DNA from: Alphaproteobacteria bacterium
Lineage (GTDB): Bacteria; Pseudomonadota; Alphaproteobacteria; Rs-D84
Assembly: GCA_033345155.1 (NCBI GenBank)
Contig: JAWPOG010000045.1
Coordinates: forward strand, 5,795 to 69,794
Direction: 5' to 3'
DNA length: 64,000 bases
A program made the translations under genes and the position numbers. The notes below the pieces were generated by a model. The model saw only the letters and a list, made by a program, of their open reading frames with translations, was not told where the DNA came from and did not search any database. Positions 38,558 to 48,683 of this stretch are shown one piece after another (position 1 is the stretch's first letter; each line of letters starts with the position of its first letter).

Positions 38558-39646
38558 ATGCTGACTGAATACTTTTTGAATCATGGTTTTTCATTCTTTG
38601 CCAGTGGTTGGACTCAATTTGCGGGCGGTTTTTTTGTTGCATTTATGATTATGTTGTTATTTGGCCGTTCGTTTGTTCGTGCTATGCGAAATTTTCAGAA
38701 AAAGGGCCAACCTATCAGTGAAAACGTTCCCGAAACACATCGGGCCAAGGCCGGCACGCCAACGATGGGCGGAATATTGGTCATAGTTGCGATTTTGGTT
38801 TCAGCATTGTTGTTTATGCCAATGTCAAATCCGACAGGTTGGATTGCGCTGTCCTCGCTTGTTATGTTCGGTGCGTTGGGTTTTGTCGATGATTATAAAA
38901 AGGTCACATCACAATCTAAAAAGGCATCTAATGGTCTGTCTCCATTGACTCGTCTGGTAATCGAAGGTTTATTTGTTGTAATTCTGGCGTATTTGATTAA
39001 CAAAACAATTCCGCCTTATATTCCAGAATATTCAGTGTCAGTTGGTGCAGGTGTTATTTTACAGTTTGGATTTTGGTATTATGTATTCGCATATTTTGTG
39101 ATTTGTGGTGGTGCGAATGCGACAAACATCACAGACGGTCTGGATGGTATGTTAGCCAAGTTGTACATGCCGGTTTTGGTTGTGTTGGTTGTTGCGCTGT
39201 ACGGTGCGACCCGTATAGGCTTTATGGACACAGTTATGTTTTTGCCTATGGCCAGCGGGCTGTATGCAGTGCTGGGGGCGGCGTTTGGCGCGGTTTTGGG
39301 TTTTCTGTGGTATAATTCCAAGCCTGCATCAATCTTTATGGGTGATGTTGGGTCGCTGGCATTGGGTGGATTTATGGGTACGGTTGCCATGTTGTTAAAG
39401 TCTGAAATTATCATGGGAATTGCGGCTGGTATGATGGTTTTGATACTGTTGTCATCGTTTATTCAGACCATGTATTTCAAGGTCATGCGTCGCATTTCTG
39501 GTACCGGGCGCCGTTTATTTTTGCGCGCACCCTTGCATCATCATTTTGAAGAATTGGGTTGGACAGAAACAAAAATTGTTGATCGTTTTTTTATCTTGTC
39601 GATAATGTTTTCTGGCCTGGCGTTGGTGCTGTTAAAATTCGCATAA
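38558..39646 (+). CDS. mraY: Phospho-N-acetylmuramoyl-pentapeptide transferase
   Basis: KAGTPTMGG, GFVDDY, NITDGLDG, FMGDVGS, APLHHHFE. Confidence 0.96.
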   Translation: MLTEYFLNHGFSFFASGWTQFAGGFFVAFMIMLLFGRSFVRAMRNFQKKGQPISENVPETHRAKAGTPTMGGILVIVAILVSALLFMPMSNPTGWIALSSLVMFGALGFVDDYKKVTSQSKKASNGLSPLTRLVIEGLFVVILAYLINKTIPPYIPEYSVSVGAGVILQFGFWYYVFAYFVICGGANATNITDGLDGMLAKLYMPVLVVLVVALYGATRIGFMDTVMFLPMASGLYAVLGAAFGAVLGFLWYNSKPASIFMGDVGSLALGGFMGTVAMLLKSEIIMGIAAGMMVLILLSSFIQTMYFKVMRRISGTGRRLFLRAPLHHHFEELGWTETKIVDRFFILSIMFSGLALVLLKFA

Positions 39647-39669
39647 AAATATGATGGGGTGGGGTGTCA

Positions 39670-40821
39670 ATGTTTTGGATTACGCATAATGATGACAGCA
39701 AATTAACCAGTTGGTATTTCGAGGTTGATCGTCGTCTGTTGGGCTGTGTTTTATTATTGATTGCCTTGTCAGCGATATTTGTTGTGTCGGCTGGGTCTGT
39801 TGCAGCTGAACGCATTGGCATGCCTTGGTATTTTTATTTACTCAAGGCCATACCGTTTTATTGCATTGGTTTGATATTTTTATTTGTGTCCAGTTTTTTA
39901 GATACAAAATGGGTTTTGCGTATATCGGCGGCAAATTTATTGTTTGGTTTGGCGCTGTTACCATTGACGGTTATTGCGCCAGATATTATAAATAATTCTG
40001 CGCGTTTTGTTGATTTGGGGCCATTTAATGTTATGCCTGCGGATATTATGAAGCCTGGTTTTATAATAATGACGGCGTATTTCTTGGCACGAATGAAGGA
40101 CAGGTATGGTGCAAATATTTTCTTTAACAAAGATGCGTGGCGTTTTGATACATGGCTCAGCTGGGTGTATTATCTGGCCTTGTTTGGTTTGACGGTTTTT
40201 ATTATATTTAATCATCCCGACTTTGGTACGGCTGTCTTGTATTTATTGGTATTTTGTGCCATGGTTTTTATTGCTGGATTGCCATTGATATTAGTGCCGG
40301 TGTTCATAGGCATAGGTCTGTTGATGTTGGCGGCGGCGTTTTTTACACTTGGACATGTTCAGCGTCGAATTATTGCGCACTTTACTGGCCAGGGCGACAC
40401 ATACCAGGTTGATAATTCCATTGATTCCATTCGTCATGGTGGGTTGCTGGGGTCGGGCGACGACGCATTTGTAAAGCAATATCTGCCCGATGTTCACACA
40501 GACTTTATTTTTGCGGCAATCGCCGAAGACTTGGGTGCGATTATGGCGTGCGGTTTATTGGTGTTATTGTTCTTTGTATTCAGGCGCTTGATAACTAATG
40601 CGGCCAATGCGCGTGATTTGTTTGTGTTGTATGCGACTGGTGGTACGGCGGCATTATTTGGCACTCAGATTTGTTTTAATATGTTAACTACATTGAACCT
40701 TTTTGCGCCCAAGGGTATGACTTTGCCGTTCATATCATACGGGGGCAGTTCGCTGTTGGCATATTGCCTGTTGTTTGGTATGATACTGGCAATTTTACGT
40801 GAAGATAAATGGAAACAATAA
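39670..40821 (+). CDS. ftsW: Cell division SEDS protein FtsW
   Basis: PDFGT, LPDVHTDFIFA..EDLG, PKGMTLPFISYGGSS; between mraY and murG. Confidence 0.92.
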   Translation: MFWITHNDDSKLTSWYFEVDRRLLGCVLLLIALSAIFVVSAGSVAAERIGMPWYFYLLKAIPFYCIGLIFLFVSSFLDTKWVLRISAANLLFGLALLPLTVIAPDIINNSARFVDLGPFNVMPADIMKPGFIIMTAYFLARMKDRYGANIFFNKDAWRFDTWLSWVYYLALFGLTVFIIFNHPDFGTAVLYLLVFCAMVFIAGLPLILVPVFIGIGLLMLAAAFFTLGHVQRRIIAHFTGQGDTYQVDNSIDSIRHGGLLGSGDDAFVKQYLPDVHTDFIFAAIAEDLGAIMACGLLVLLFFVFRRLITNAANARDLFVLYATGGTAALFGTQICFNMLTTLNLFAPKGMTLPFISYGGSSLLAYCLLFGMILAILREDKWKQ

Positions 40822-40836
40822 TTCGGGGGTGTGATT

Positions 40837-41880
40837 ATGAAAATATGGATTGCGACCGGTGGAACGGGCGGACATGTTTATCCAGCGCTAAGTGTTGCTG
40901 ATTGTTTGGTTGCGCGCGGACACAAAGTGACAATTTCTTGTGATGGTCGTGTTCGGGCTATGGTTCGTCGAGGTGCGCCATCGGGTGCGCGTTTTGCACA
41001 TGTTTGGGCTTCGGGTGTTGGTGCAAAAAGCCGTATCAAACAAATCTGGGCATTGTTCAAGATTGGTGTATCTGCAGCCATATTGACGGTGCGTTTTATG
41101 ATATTCAGACCTGATCGTGTTGTGGCGTTTGGGGGATATGCATCTGTGCCTGCGGTGTTTGCGGCACATATATGGCATATACCAACATTTCTGCATGAAC
41201 AAAACGCAGCAATTGGGCGTGCAAATAAATTTGCCATGCGTTGGGTTGAAACATTAATGATCAGTTTTCCAACCGTATCCGGTATACCAAATTCCACAAC
41301 ACGTGTTGTGTACACAGGTTTGCCAGTGCGTCGTGATTTTATAAATTACGCGGGCGCGCCCCTGCCAGGCGAATTGAAATTATTGGTGACGGGCGGTTCT
41401 TTGGGGGCGCAGATTTTGGACGAAGTTGTCCCAGGAGCAATCGTTGCCATGAAAAATAAAAAGATATTTGTCACACATCAAACCCGCCCTGAAAATGTCG
41501 AAAAGTTACAGAAATTTTACGCAGAAAACAAAGTTCGTGCGAATGTATTATCGTTTATTCACGATATGGCGGGCGCAATTGCGGGTGCAGATTTAATCAT
41601 TGGTCGCAGTGGTGCCAGCACAGTTGTTGAAATTCAAACCATTGGTCGTCCTGCAATTTTTGTTCCACTAAACATCAATCCAGACCAGGCTGCTAACGCC
41701 GCATCATTTGCTAAAACGGGCGGGGGTTTTTCTGTTGAACAGTCCAAGTTTACACCTCGCTGGCTGTCGTCAACATTATCAGAATTGTTTGACAACCCGT
41801 CCAGATTGGAAAAAATGGCGACGAAATCTCGGGTTGAAAATAATGCGGTAAATTTAATCTGTGAAGAAGTTACAAAATAA
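40837..41880 (+). CDS. murG: Lipid II GlcNAc transferase MurG
   Basis: GGTGGHVYP, FGGYAS, HEQN, GGSLGA, RSGAST. Confidence 0.96.
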   Translation: MKIWIATGGTGGHVYPALSVADCLVARGHKVTISCDGRVRAMVRRGAPSGARFAHVWASGVGAKSRIKQIWALFKIGVSAAILTVRFMIFRPDRVVAFGGYASVPAVFAAHIWHIPTFLHEQNAAIGRANKFAMRWVETLMISFPTVSGIPNSTTRVVYTGLPVRRDFINYAGAPLPGELKLLVTGGSLGAQILDEVVPGAIVAMKNKKIFVTHQTRPENVEKLQKFYAENKVRANVLSFIHDMAGAIAGADLIIGRSGASTVVEIQTIGRPAIFVPLNINPDQAANAASFAKTGGGFSVEQSKFTPRWLSSTLSELFDNPSRLEKMATKSRVENNAVNLICEEVTK

Positions 41881-41905
41881 AGAAACCGCCAATCGGCGGT
41901 TTTTT
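41881..41905. terminator. Bidirectional intrinsic terminator
   Basis: AAACCGCC-AATC-GGCGGTTTT. Confidence 0.75.
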
Positions 41906-42521
41906 ATCTGATTTTATTTGAAAAATTAGTGCCGCGGGAATAGTACAGGGCATTTTGCATTTGTTCAAATTCAATTTGATCGCGTGTCTTGATTTGGTTG
42001 CGAATCAAAAAAGCATTCTGTGCATTGATGTATCTTTTTTGGTTTTCCGGACTCATAGATGCGATTTTGTGACCACGTGCAGTATTGAAAAATTCAGGTC
42101 TAAACGTATTTTCCCATGACAGACGAATTCTGTCACCATCCCACAGGCATGCCGACACCCCATCAGGTGCAGTGCGACCAATTGTGTGATTTTCAATAGC
42201 GAACAAGATTTTACGCACAGTTTCCCTGGACATATTTGGATAGTATTTATTCAACAAATTCCATGCCACCAAGGCTGCTTGTGGCCCGTGTTCGATACAC
42301 CATTCATCGTTTGTTCGCGCACAATCGTGCAATCCCGCCGCCAGCAATACAGGCAAAACTTCTTGGTTGATACTGTATGCCAAATCGATTCCAAACATTG
42401 CGACCTGGTTTGTGTGGCTCAGCCCATGATATCCAAATTCAGATTGGTTTGTAACCTCGGTTACTTGTGGTAAGACCTGGTTGAAATATAATTTATAGTA
42501 ATACACTTTATTATGCTTCAT
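41904..42521 (-). CDS. HD-domain protein
   Basis: HGLSH..LHDCAR..HG..IENH..WDGDR; GAAGGA RBS. Confidence 0.85.
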   Translation of the reverse strand: MKHNKVYYYKLYFNQVLPQVTEVTNQSEFGYHGLSHTNQVAMFGIDLAYSINQEVLPVLLAAGLHDCARTNDEWCIEHGPQAALVAWNLLNKYYPNMSRETVRKILFAIENHTIGRTAPDGVSACLWDGDRIRLSWENTFRPEFFNTARGHKIASMSPENQKRYINAQNAFLIRNQIKTRDQIEFEQMQNALYYSRGTNFSNKIR

Positions 42522-42704
42522 GATTTCCTTCTTGTTAAACCGCTCAGGAAATAAAGTTTACATACAAATCATATTAGGTCAAACAAAAAACATAACATTT
42601 TTATATTTTTTTTCACAAAAGACTTGAAATAAAAATATTAAAATATATAATAATTAAGTTTTTTAATAAATGGTTAAACCAACCTTATTATATACGAGGT
42701 AGAA

Positions 42705-43154
42705 ATGGCGCGCAAGGAATTTGTTCGTTTAATGGAAGATAATATTTGGACATTGGATAAAATCGCAGAAAAACTGCGACTTGATCGTGTTGAAGCAACC
42801 GGTTATCCGCGTCAAATAATGTCAATTTTGGTACGTTTGCACAGGGGCGGACGCGCAAAGTTAAAGGATATCGCACGTCGAGAACACGTGTCTGCACCAA
42901 ACTTGTGTGCGGTGTTTCGTCGGCTAGAAGCGGACAATCTGGTCATTCGTACTGTTGACGAAGAAGATCGTCGTAATACCTGGTATTGTGTATCGGATGC
43001 GGGTGCGGAATTGGCAACGGTTGCGATGGGGTTGTTTCGTGACGGGGTCGAACGCGTTTTTGCGAACATCACCCGCGAAGACGAATTGCGTCTGACCGAT
43101 GCTTTGCGTACTATGCACAACATTCTTAAAAAGGTGGAGTTAGGTAATGAATAA
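42705..43154 (+). CDS. MarR family transcriptional regulator
   Basis: wHTH with RLEADNLVIR..DEEDRR; heads the efflux operon. Confidence 0.9.
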   Translation: MARKEFVRLMEDNIWTLDKIAEKLRLDRVEATGYPRQIMSILVRLHRGGRAKLKDIARREHVSAPNLCAVFRRLEADNLVIRTVDEEDRRNTWYCVSDAGAELATVAMGLFRDGVERVFANITREDELRLTDALRTMHNILKKVELGNE

Positions 43155-44478
43155 AATTAAATTGATATCAGTGGCTGCGTCTTTATGTGCTGGTTTTTGT
43201 GTTTTGCCGGCATATTCATTGGATTTGTCATTAAGCGAGGCTGTTGAAAAAATTGAACAAGAATCGCATGATTTGAAAAAGGCCCAGACAAATTTATCCA
43301 AGGCCGAAGCATCTCTGGATGCCACCAACGCTAATCGTTGGTTTTCTATTGACGCAACTGCATCATATATGAATATGGTGAATATTGAAAATCCGTCAAA
43401 ATCGATGGGGATTGAATTACCACCTGCAATGGGTGGATTGATATCGGAATCGTTAAAGGACCAGTCTGTTTTTGTTGAAATACCTGATAACATTTTCCAG
43501 GCGGGGCTTACTTTTACCCAGCCGATTTATACTTTCGGCAAAATCGGTAATGCTGTTAAATCGGTAAAATCTGCAATTGAAATGGCAGAAACGTCCAAGG
43601 ATTTAACGCGTCGAGAAGTGCGTTATGCCGCCACAGACCTGTACTGGACAGCGAAAATGACGGATGAAATGGTAAAATTAGCCCAGCAAGATTTAGAAAA
43701 CACCCAAGCGGCAAAAAACAAACTTACATCTGCTGGTCGTGCAAATCGCAGCAATCTGTTAAAAATTGAATCAGACATTATTTCCAAACAGGTTAATCTG
43801 TCCCAGGTAAAATTCAACCGTGACGCAGCGCATCGCATGTTAAAAATTATGGCTGGCATCGACATTAACGAAGATTTGGTTTTGACGGATGAGTTTCCGA
43901 ACGAATTTTCTCCATTAAATGCGCCTGCGCTGACCACGACACCGCAATGGGAAATCTTGGACCAGCAGGCAAATATGTACGAACGTCTGGCTCGTTCTAA
44001 ACGCGCGAACAATTATCCGACATTGGCGGCCACGGCGTCTTATACATATTCATCAATGTCAGACGACATTGGTCACATGTTTGATTCTGGCGGTTCTCAG
44101 TCTGCATATTGGGGTCTGGCATTACAGATGCCTATATTCAACGGTGGTTTAAATCGTGCCAATGCTACAGTCGAGGCGATGAATGCCGAAGCTGCTCGTG
44201 AAGATTTGGCAAAGTCCAAAAAAATGACAACAGAACAGTACAACACCGCAATCAATCAGTATGATATGTTGCGTACTAATCTGGCGTCTTTGGAACAGGC
44301 ACGTGATTTGGCCGCAAAAACATATGATTTATCCCAGAAACGTTTTGCGTCCGGTCAAACATCTGCGGTTGAATTGGCGGATGTATCAGCGGGTTTGTAT
44401 TCGTTGGATATATCTGTCTTGCAAATGAAGTACAATATTTTAATGTCGGCAGAAACGGTAAAAAAATTAGGTGAGTAA
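43147..44478 (+). CDS. TolC family outer membrane efflux protein
   Basis: Signal peptide, QPIYTFG and MPIFNGG repeats, RFASG. Confidence 0.9.
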   Translation: MNKIKLISVAASLCAGFCVLPAYSLDLSLSEAVEKIEQESHDLKKAQTNLSKAEASLDATNANRWFSIDATASYMNMVNIENPSKSMGIELPPAMGGLISESLKDQSVFVEIPDNIFQAGLTFTQPIYTFGKIGNAVKSVKSAIEMAETSKDLTRREVRYAATDLYWTAKMTDEMVKLAQQDLENTQAAKNKLTSAGRANRSNLLKIESDIISKQVNLSQVKFNRDAAHRMLKIMAGIDINEDLVLTDEFPNEFSPLNAPALTTTPQWEILDQQANMYERLARSKRANNYPTLAATASYTYSSMSDDIGHMFDSGGSQSAYWGLALQMPIFNGGLNRANATVEAMNAEAAREDLAKSKKMTTEQYNTAINQYDMLRTNLASLEQARDLAAKTYDLSQKRFASGQTSAVELADVSAGLYSLDISVLQMKYNILMSAETVKKLGE

Positions 44479-44479
44479 A

Positions 44480-45079
44480 ATGGAAAAAATACAAAGAACA
44501 ATGGCAACCAAGAAATTCAAAAAAATCGCTGTAATTGCGCTGGTTGCGTTAATGGTGGGCTGGGTGATATTCCGCTTTGCGGCTGTGGCATCAGAAAATG
44601 CGCGCAATGTGTTTAATGCGTCGCGTGTTGCGGCTGATGTTGGGATGCCGGTTATGGCCCAAGAAATGACTGCTAAATCTGGCACATTGTACGAGCCTTT
44701 ATCAGTTAAAAACAATCGAGCCTATGTATCTGCATCGCGTGCGGATAAATTGCGTGTTGGTCAAAAAATAGGCAAAGGTAAAATTGTTTCTGTTTCATCA
44801 CAACTGGACTATGACACAGGCATGTATGTTGTCCGCACATCGGGTGTGTCGGATGGTTTGCAGATGGCGGAATATACTGCACGTGGTTATTTTGTGCCGC
44901 TGTACGCGATTTCCGATGGCATGGTGTATGTAATGCAAGACGGCATCGCCGTTGCGCGCAACATTGAAATTGCACGTCAAGATTCTGAAAATGCATACAT
45001 TAAATCTGGTTTGCACGATGGTGATATTGTTATTTTGTCATCTGTTCGCGCAGGCGACAAAGTTCAAATTAAAGAATAA
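44480..45079 (+). CDS. Shortened membrane-fusion (periplasmic adaptor) protein
   Basis: N-terminal TM, GKIVSVSSQLD..TG, VPLYAI, SGLHDGDIVI; no evident alpha-hairpin. Confidence 0.7.
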   Translation: MEKIQRTMATKKFKKIAVIALVALMVGWVIFRFAAVASENARNVFNASRVAADVGMPVMAQEMTAKSGTLYEPLSVKNNRAYVSASRADKLRVGQKIGKGKIVSVSSQLDYDTGMYVVRTSGVSDGLQMAEYTARGYFVPLYAISDGMVYVMQDGIAVARNIEIARQDSENAYIKSGLHDGDIVILSSVRAGDKVQIKE

Positions 45080-45099
45080 TCAGGGCAGGAGGTGTTGAA

Positions 45100-48000
45100 A
45101 TGTTAAAATTTTTCGTTCGCAGACCTATTACCACATTAATGTTTGTTTTAGTATGGGTTGTCTTAGGATTGGTATCTTTTCCAAATATGAATATTGAACG
45201 CACACCTGCGCTGGATTTTCCTATGGTGACGGCAACATTCATTTATCCAGGCGCAGCACCATCTGAACTGGAATCCCAGGTTATAAAACGCGCCGAAGAC
45301 GCAATGAGCGAGGTTTCAGAACTTAAAAAGATAACCTCTTATGTCTATGAAAACAGTGCCATGGTAATGGCGGAATTTAATCTGGGCGTAAATGTTAATG
45401 ACAAAGCGAACGAGGTTAAAACAAAACTGGATTCGTTAATTTCCGAATTCCCATCCGACATGGAAAATCCAGTTGTTGAAAAATTAAACCCCTTGCAACA
45501 GTCTGTGGTTGACATTGTTATTCGTGGCGCAGATGCGCGTGCAATCGAAGAATATGTAGATAATGTTTTATCAACCAAGATTACAGGTATCCATGGTGTG
45601 GCCAGTGTGTCCGTATTTGGTGGTCGTGAACGTGCAATCCGTATTGCGATAAATCCAGATTCCATGGCGGCCAAAGGTGTGACTGTAATGGATGTAGTAT
45701 CCGCATTGGGGGCGCACAACTTGAATGTCCCCGGCGGGAAAATAGAAACATCTTCTAACTCGTCAAATGTTCGTTTTATTGGTGAATTTGCGTCGGTTGA
45801 AGATATTTCGAATCTGCGTTTGACAACGGTCGAAGGTGGCAATTTTAAATTGTCTGATATTGCCCAAATCACAGACGCGGCTCGTGATATTGAAAACGGC
45901 GCGCGCTATAATGGCCAGCCGGTTGTGGTCGCATCTGTGGTCAAGGCATCAGATGGTAATGCTGTAAATATTTCAAATGCATTGCGTGAACGCATGCCAG
46001 AATTTCAGGCAGATTTACAATCCCGTTTCCCCGGTGCAGAAATGTTGATTTCGTCGGATTCTTCTGTTGCTGTTTCGGACGAAACCAACAGCACTATTAA
46101 CGGCATTATCTTGGGTGTTTTATTGACGGTATTGGTATTGTTGGCATTTACACGCAACTGGCGTTCAACGGTTATTGCGGGTGTTGTGATACCTGCATCA
46201 TTGTTTGCTGGCTTCTTCTTTATGGATAACAGTAATTTTACAGTTAACGCATTGACCCTGTTGGCATATTCATCTGCATTGGGTACATTGGTGTCGAATG
46301 CGATTATTCTGATTGAATCCGCCTTGCAAGAAATGCGTGCCGGCAAAAAACCAGAAGATGCCGCCATTGATGGTACTAAAAAGGTTGCGGTATCTGTTTT
46401 GGCGGGTGTTGGAACAAATGTTGTGGTGTTCTTGCCATTGGCATTTATGGGTGGTATCGTTGGACAGTTCATGGTCCAGTTTGGTATGACGGTTGTATAT
46501 TTGACATTGTTGTCATTGATGTTCTCGTTCACATTGACACCAATGATGATTGCAAAGTTCTTGCGTCTGACAAACAAAAACAACAAAGCGGCCCAGAAAA
46601 AACAAGTGGCATATCCAAAGCCAACCAGCACAGGTTTAATGCGTCGCATATTTGATTATCAAATTGCTCATCCTTGGCGTGTTATCGGCATTGCATTTGC
46701 TATATTCATTGGCTCAACAATGCTAATGAGATTTGTGGGTAACGAATTCTCGCCGACAACGGACGCAAATGAAATCACAATTACGGCCCGTGCACCAATG
46801 GGTTCAACCTATGAAAAATCTGAATCGATTGCAATTCAAATTGAAGAGCGTCTGAAACAGTTCCCCCAAGTTGCGGCTACAACAGTAAAAATTGGCGACC
46901 AAGGCTTGCAAAATATCAGCATTACAGTTGAATTGGTTGACGCATCTGAACGCAACATATCTGACAAAATGTTGGCCCAGAAAATATTGCCAACAATCGC
47001 AGATATCGCAGATGCGGAAATCCAAATCCGTGCAGGCGAATCTCACTCGGCGGGTGTGTCTTCTGACTTGGTTTTGAATGTTTTTGGTCCAGATGATGCT
47101 AAACGCGAAGCATATGCTGCCCAGATTATGGAAACCATCAACCAAATACCCGAGGTTCAATCAGCTATTCGCGCGCAACAGTTGCCAGCATTGGAAACCC
47201 AATTCATCCCAGACCAGGAAAAAATGAATTTCTGGGGTGTGCAAAATTCCTATGCGGGCGCAACATTGCGTACAGCATTGTACGGTAATGACGATTACAA
47301 ATACAAAGAAAATGGCGAAGAATATCCAATTATTTTGGAATTCGCGCGCCCATTCAAAAATGCCACCTTGTTTGATAATGTTTATGTGAACTCTCAAAAG
47401 GGTATGGTTCCTTTGTCGGAATTGGGTGAAATTAAAACAGAGCGCGCAACCCCCGATATCCGTCGCCAGAATAAAAATCGTCTGACTGAAATCGACATCA
47501 ATATCGGTAAATCCACAATGGGCCCAGTTCAGGCAAAAATTCAATCTGAATTGGACAAAATAGATTGGGAATACGGATATTACATTGAATTTGGTGGTAT
47601 GTCAGAATACCAGGCCGAAGCAGCATCGGAAATTGGTCGTGCGTTTATGTTGGCTACGATACTGACATTTATGTTGCTGGCCGCTATTTTAAATTCTTTG
47701 GCGCATCCATTTACAATTGCGACATCTATCTTTACCAGTTTTGCGGGTGTGTTTGCCCTGATGTTCCTGTCGGGCGCAACATTGAACATTGGCGCAATGT
47801 TGGCATTTGTTATGTTGGTAGGATTGGTGGTTAACAATAATATTCTGGTTTTGGAACCAGCAATCAACCGTATAAATCGTGGTGAAGACATGCATACAGC
47901 TTTGTGGGCGGAATTGATGGAACGCAAGAATATGATTTTGATGACATCTATTGCGGTTATGGCAGGTATGGTGCCTCAGTTATGGTCGATTGACGGTATG

Positions 48001-48129
48001 AAGGTCGCCATGGGTGCCGTTATGATAGGTGGTATGTTCGCCAGTCTTGTGTTCACATTCACATTGACGCCCGCTCTGTTCTTTTTAATAGAACGTGCCC
48101 GTCGGTGGCGTCCACGTTGGCGTAAATAA
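45100..48129 (+). CDS. RND efflux permease (AcrB/HAE1-like)
   Basis: VRRPI, YPGAAPSELE, VFLPLAFMGG..GQF, ILMTS; 1009 aa. Confidence 0.93.
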   Translation: MLKFFVRRPITTLMFVLVWVVLGLVSFPNMNIERTPALDFPMVTATFIYPGAAPSELESQVIKRAEDAMSEVSELKKITSYVYENSAMVMAEFNLGVNVNDKANEVKTKLDSLISEFPSDMENPVVEKLNPLQQSVVDIVIRGADARAIEEYVDNVLSTKITGIHGVASVSVFGGRERAIRIAINPDSMAAKGVTVMDVVSALGAHNLNVPGGKIETSSNSSNVRFIGEFASVEDISNLRLTTVEGGNFKLSDIAQITDAARDIENGARYNGQPVVVASVVKASDGNAVNISNALRERMPEFQADLQSRFPGAEMLISSDSSVAVSDETNSTINGIILGVLLTVLVLLAFTRNWRSTVIAGVVIPASLFAGFFFMDNSNFTVNALTLLAYSSALGTLVSNAIILIESALQEMRAGKKPEDAAIDGTKKVAVSVLAGVGTNVVVFLPLAFMGGIVGQFMVQFGMTVVYLTLLSLMFSFTLTPMMIAKFLRLTNKNNKAAQKKQVAYPKPTSTGLMRRIFDYQIAHPWRVIGIAFAIFIGSTMLMRFVGNEFSPTTDANEITITARAPMGSTYEKSESIAIQIEERLKQFPQVAATTVKIGDQGLQNISITVELVDASERNISDKMLAQKILPTIADIADAEIQIRAGESHSAGVSSDLVLNVFGPDDAKREAYAAQIMETINQIPEVQSAIRAQQLPALETQFIPDQEKMNFWGVQNSYAGATLRTALYGNDDYKYKENGEEYPIILEFARPFKNATLFDNVYVNSQKGMVPLSELGEIKTERATPDIRRQNKNRLTEIDINIGKSTMGPVQAKIQSELDKIDWEYGYYIEFGGMSEYQAEAASEIGRAFMLATILTFMLLAAILNSLAHPFTIATSIFTSFAGVFALMFLSGATLNIGAMLAFVMLVGLVVNNNILVLEPAINRINRGEDMHTALWAELMERKNMILMTSIAVMAGMVPQLWSIDGMKVAMGAVMIGGMFASLVFTFTLTPALFFLIERARRWRPRWRK

Positions 48130-48130
48130 T

Positions 48131-48154
48131 AAAATCCCCCAATCGGGGGATTTT
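48131..48154. terminator. Bidirectional intrinsic terminator
   Basis: AAAATCCCCC-AATC-GGGGGATTTT. Confidence 0.8.
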
Positions 48155-48292
48155 ATTTTATTGTATCTGTACCTATTGTTGTTATTATTCTTTCGGTTTT
48201 TCGGGGGGTGCCCCCCGGCAAATAAAATATTATATCTAAAAACAGATAGCCCAGGGCATAGACCATAGCAAAAACCCCCAAACGGGGGCAAG

Positions 48293-48667
48293 TTATTGCA
48301 AAATCTGCTTTGCCGATTCCAGTAAACCGATTACCAAGTCCAGTTCATTGTTATTATTTTCAGGGGTACAAACAAAGTTTGGTTCCCCATTGTTGCTCAT
48401 CAACACTTCGTCCACATTGCTCGGCAAGTTTCCGTCACGCAGCAATTTTTTCACGCCCGCAATCGTCAATCCGTGTTTATACAGTAAATCGCGAATAACA
48501 ATCAACTTGTCCACTGTTTCAGCGCGATAATATCTGCGCCCCCCTGCGCCGGTCGTAGGACGAATAGCAACTGGAAACTGTTTTTCCCAATATCGCAGGG
48601 TATGCGCCGGCACTTCCAAACGTTTTGATACATCATTAATTGATGAGAAGTATTCATTGTTTTCCAT
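48293..48667 (-). CDS. MerR-family HTH protein
   Basis: SINDVS..VPAHTLRYWE..GGRRYY..LLYKHGLTIAGVKK. Confidence 0.88.
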   Translation of the reverse strand: MENNEYFSSINDVSKRLEVPAHTLRYWEKQFPVAIRPTTGAGGRRYYRAETVDKLIVIRDLLYKHGLTIAGVKKLLRDGNLPSNVDEVLMSNNGEPNFVCTPENNNNELDLVIGLLESAKQILQ

Positions 48668-48683
48668 GCCGATGCCCCCCAGA

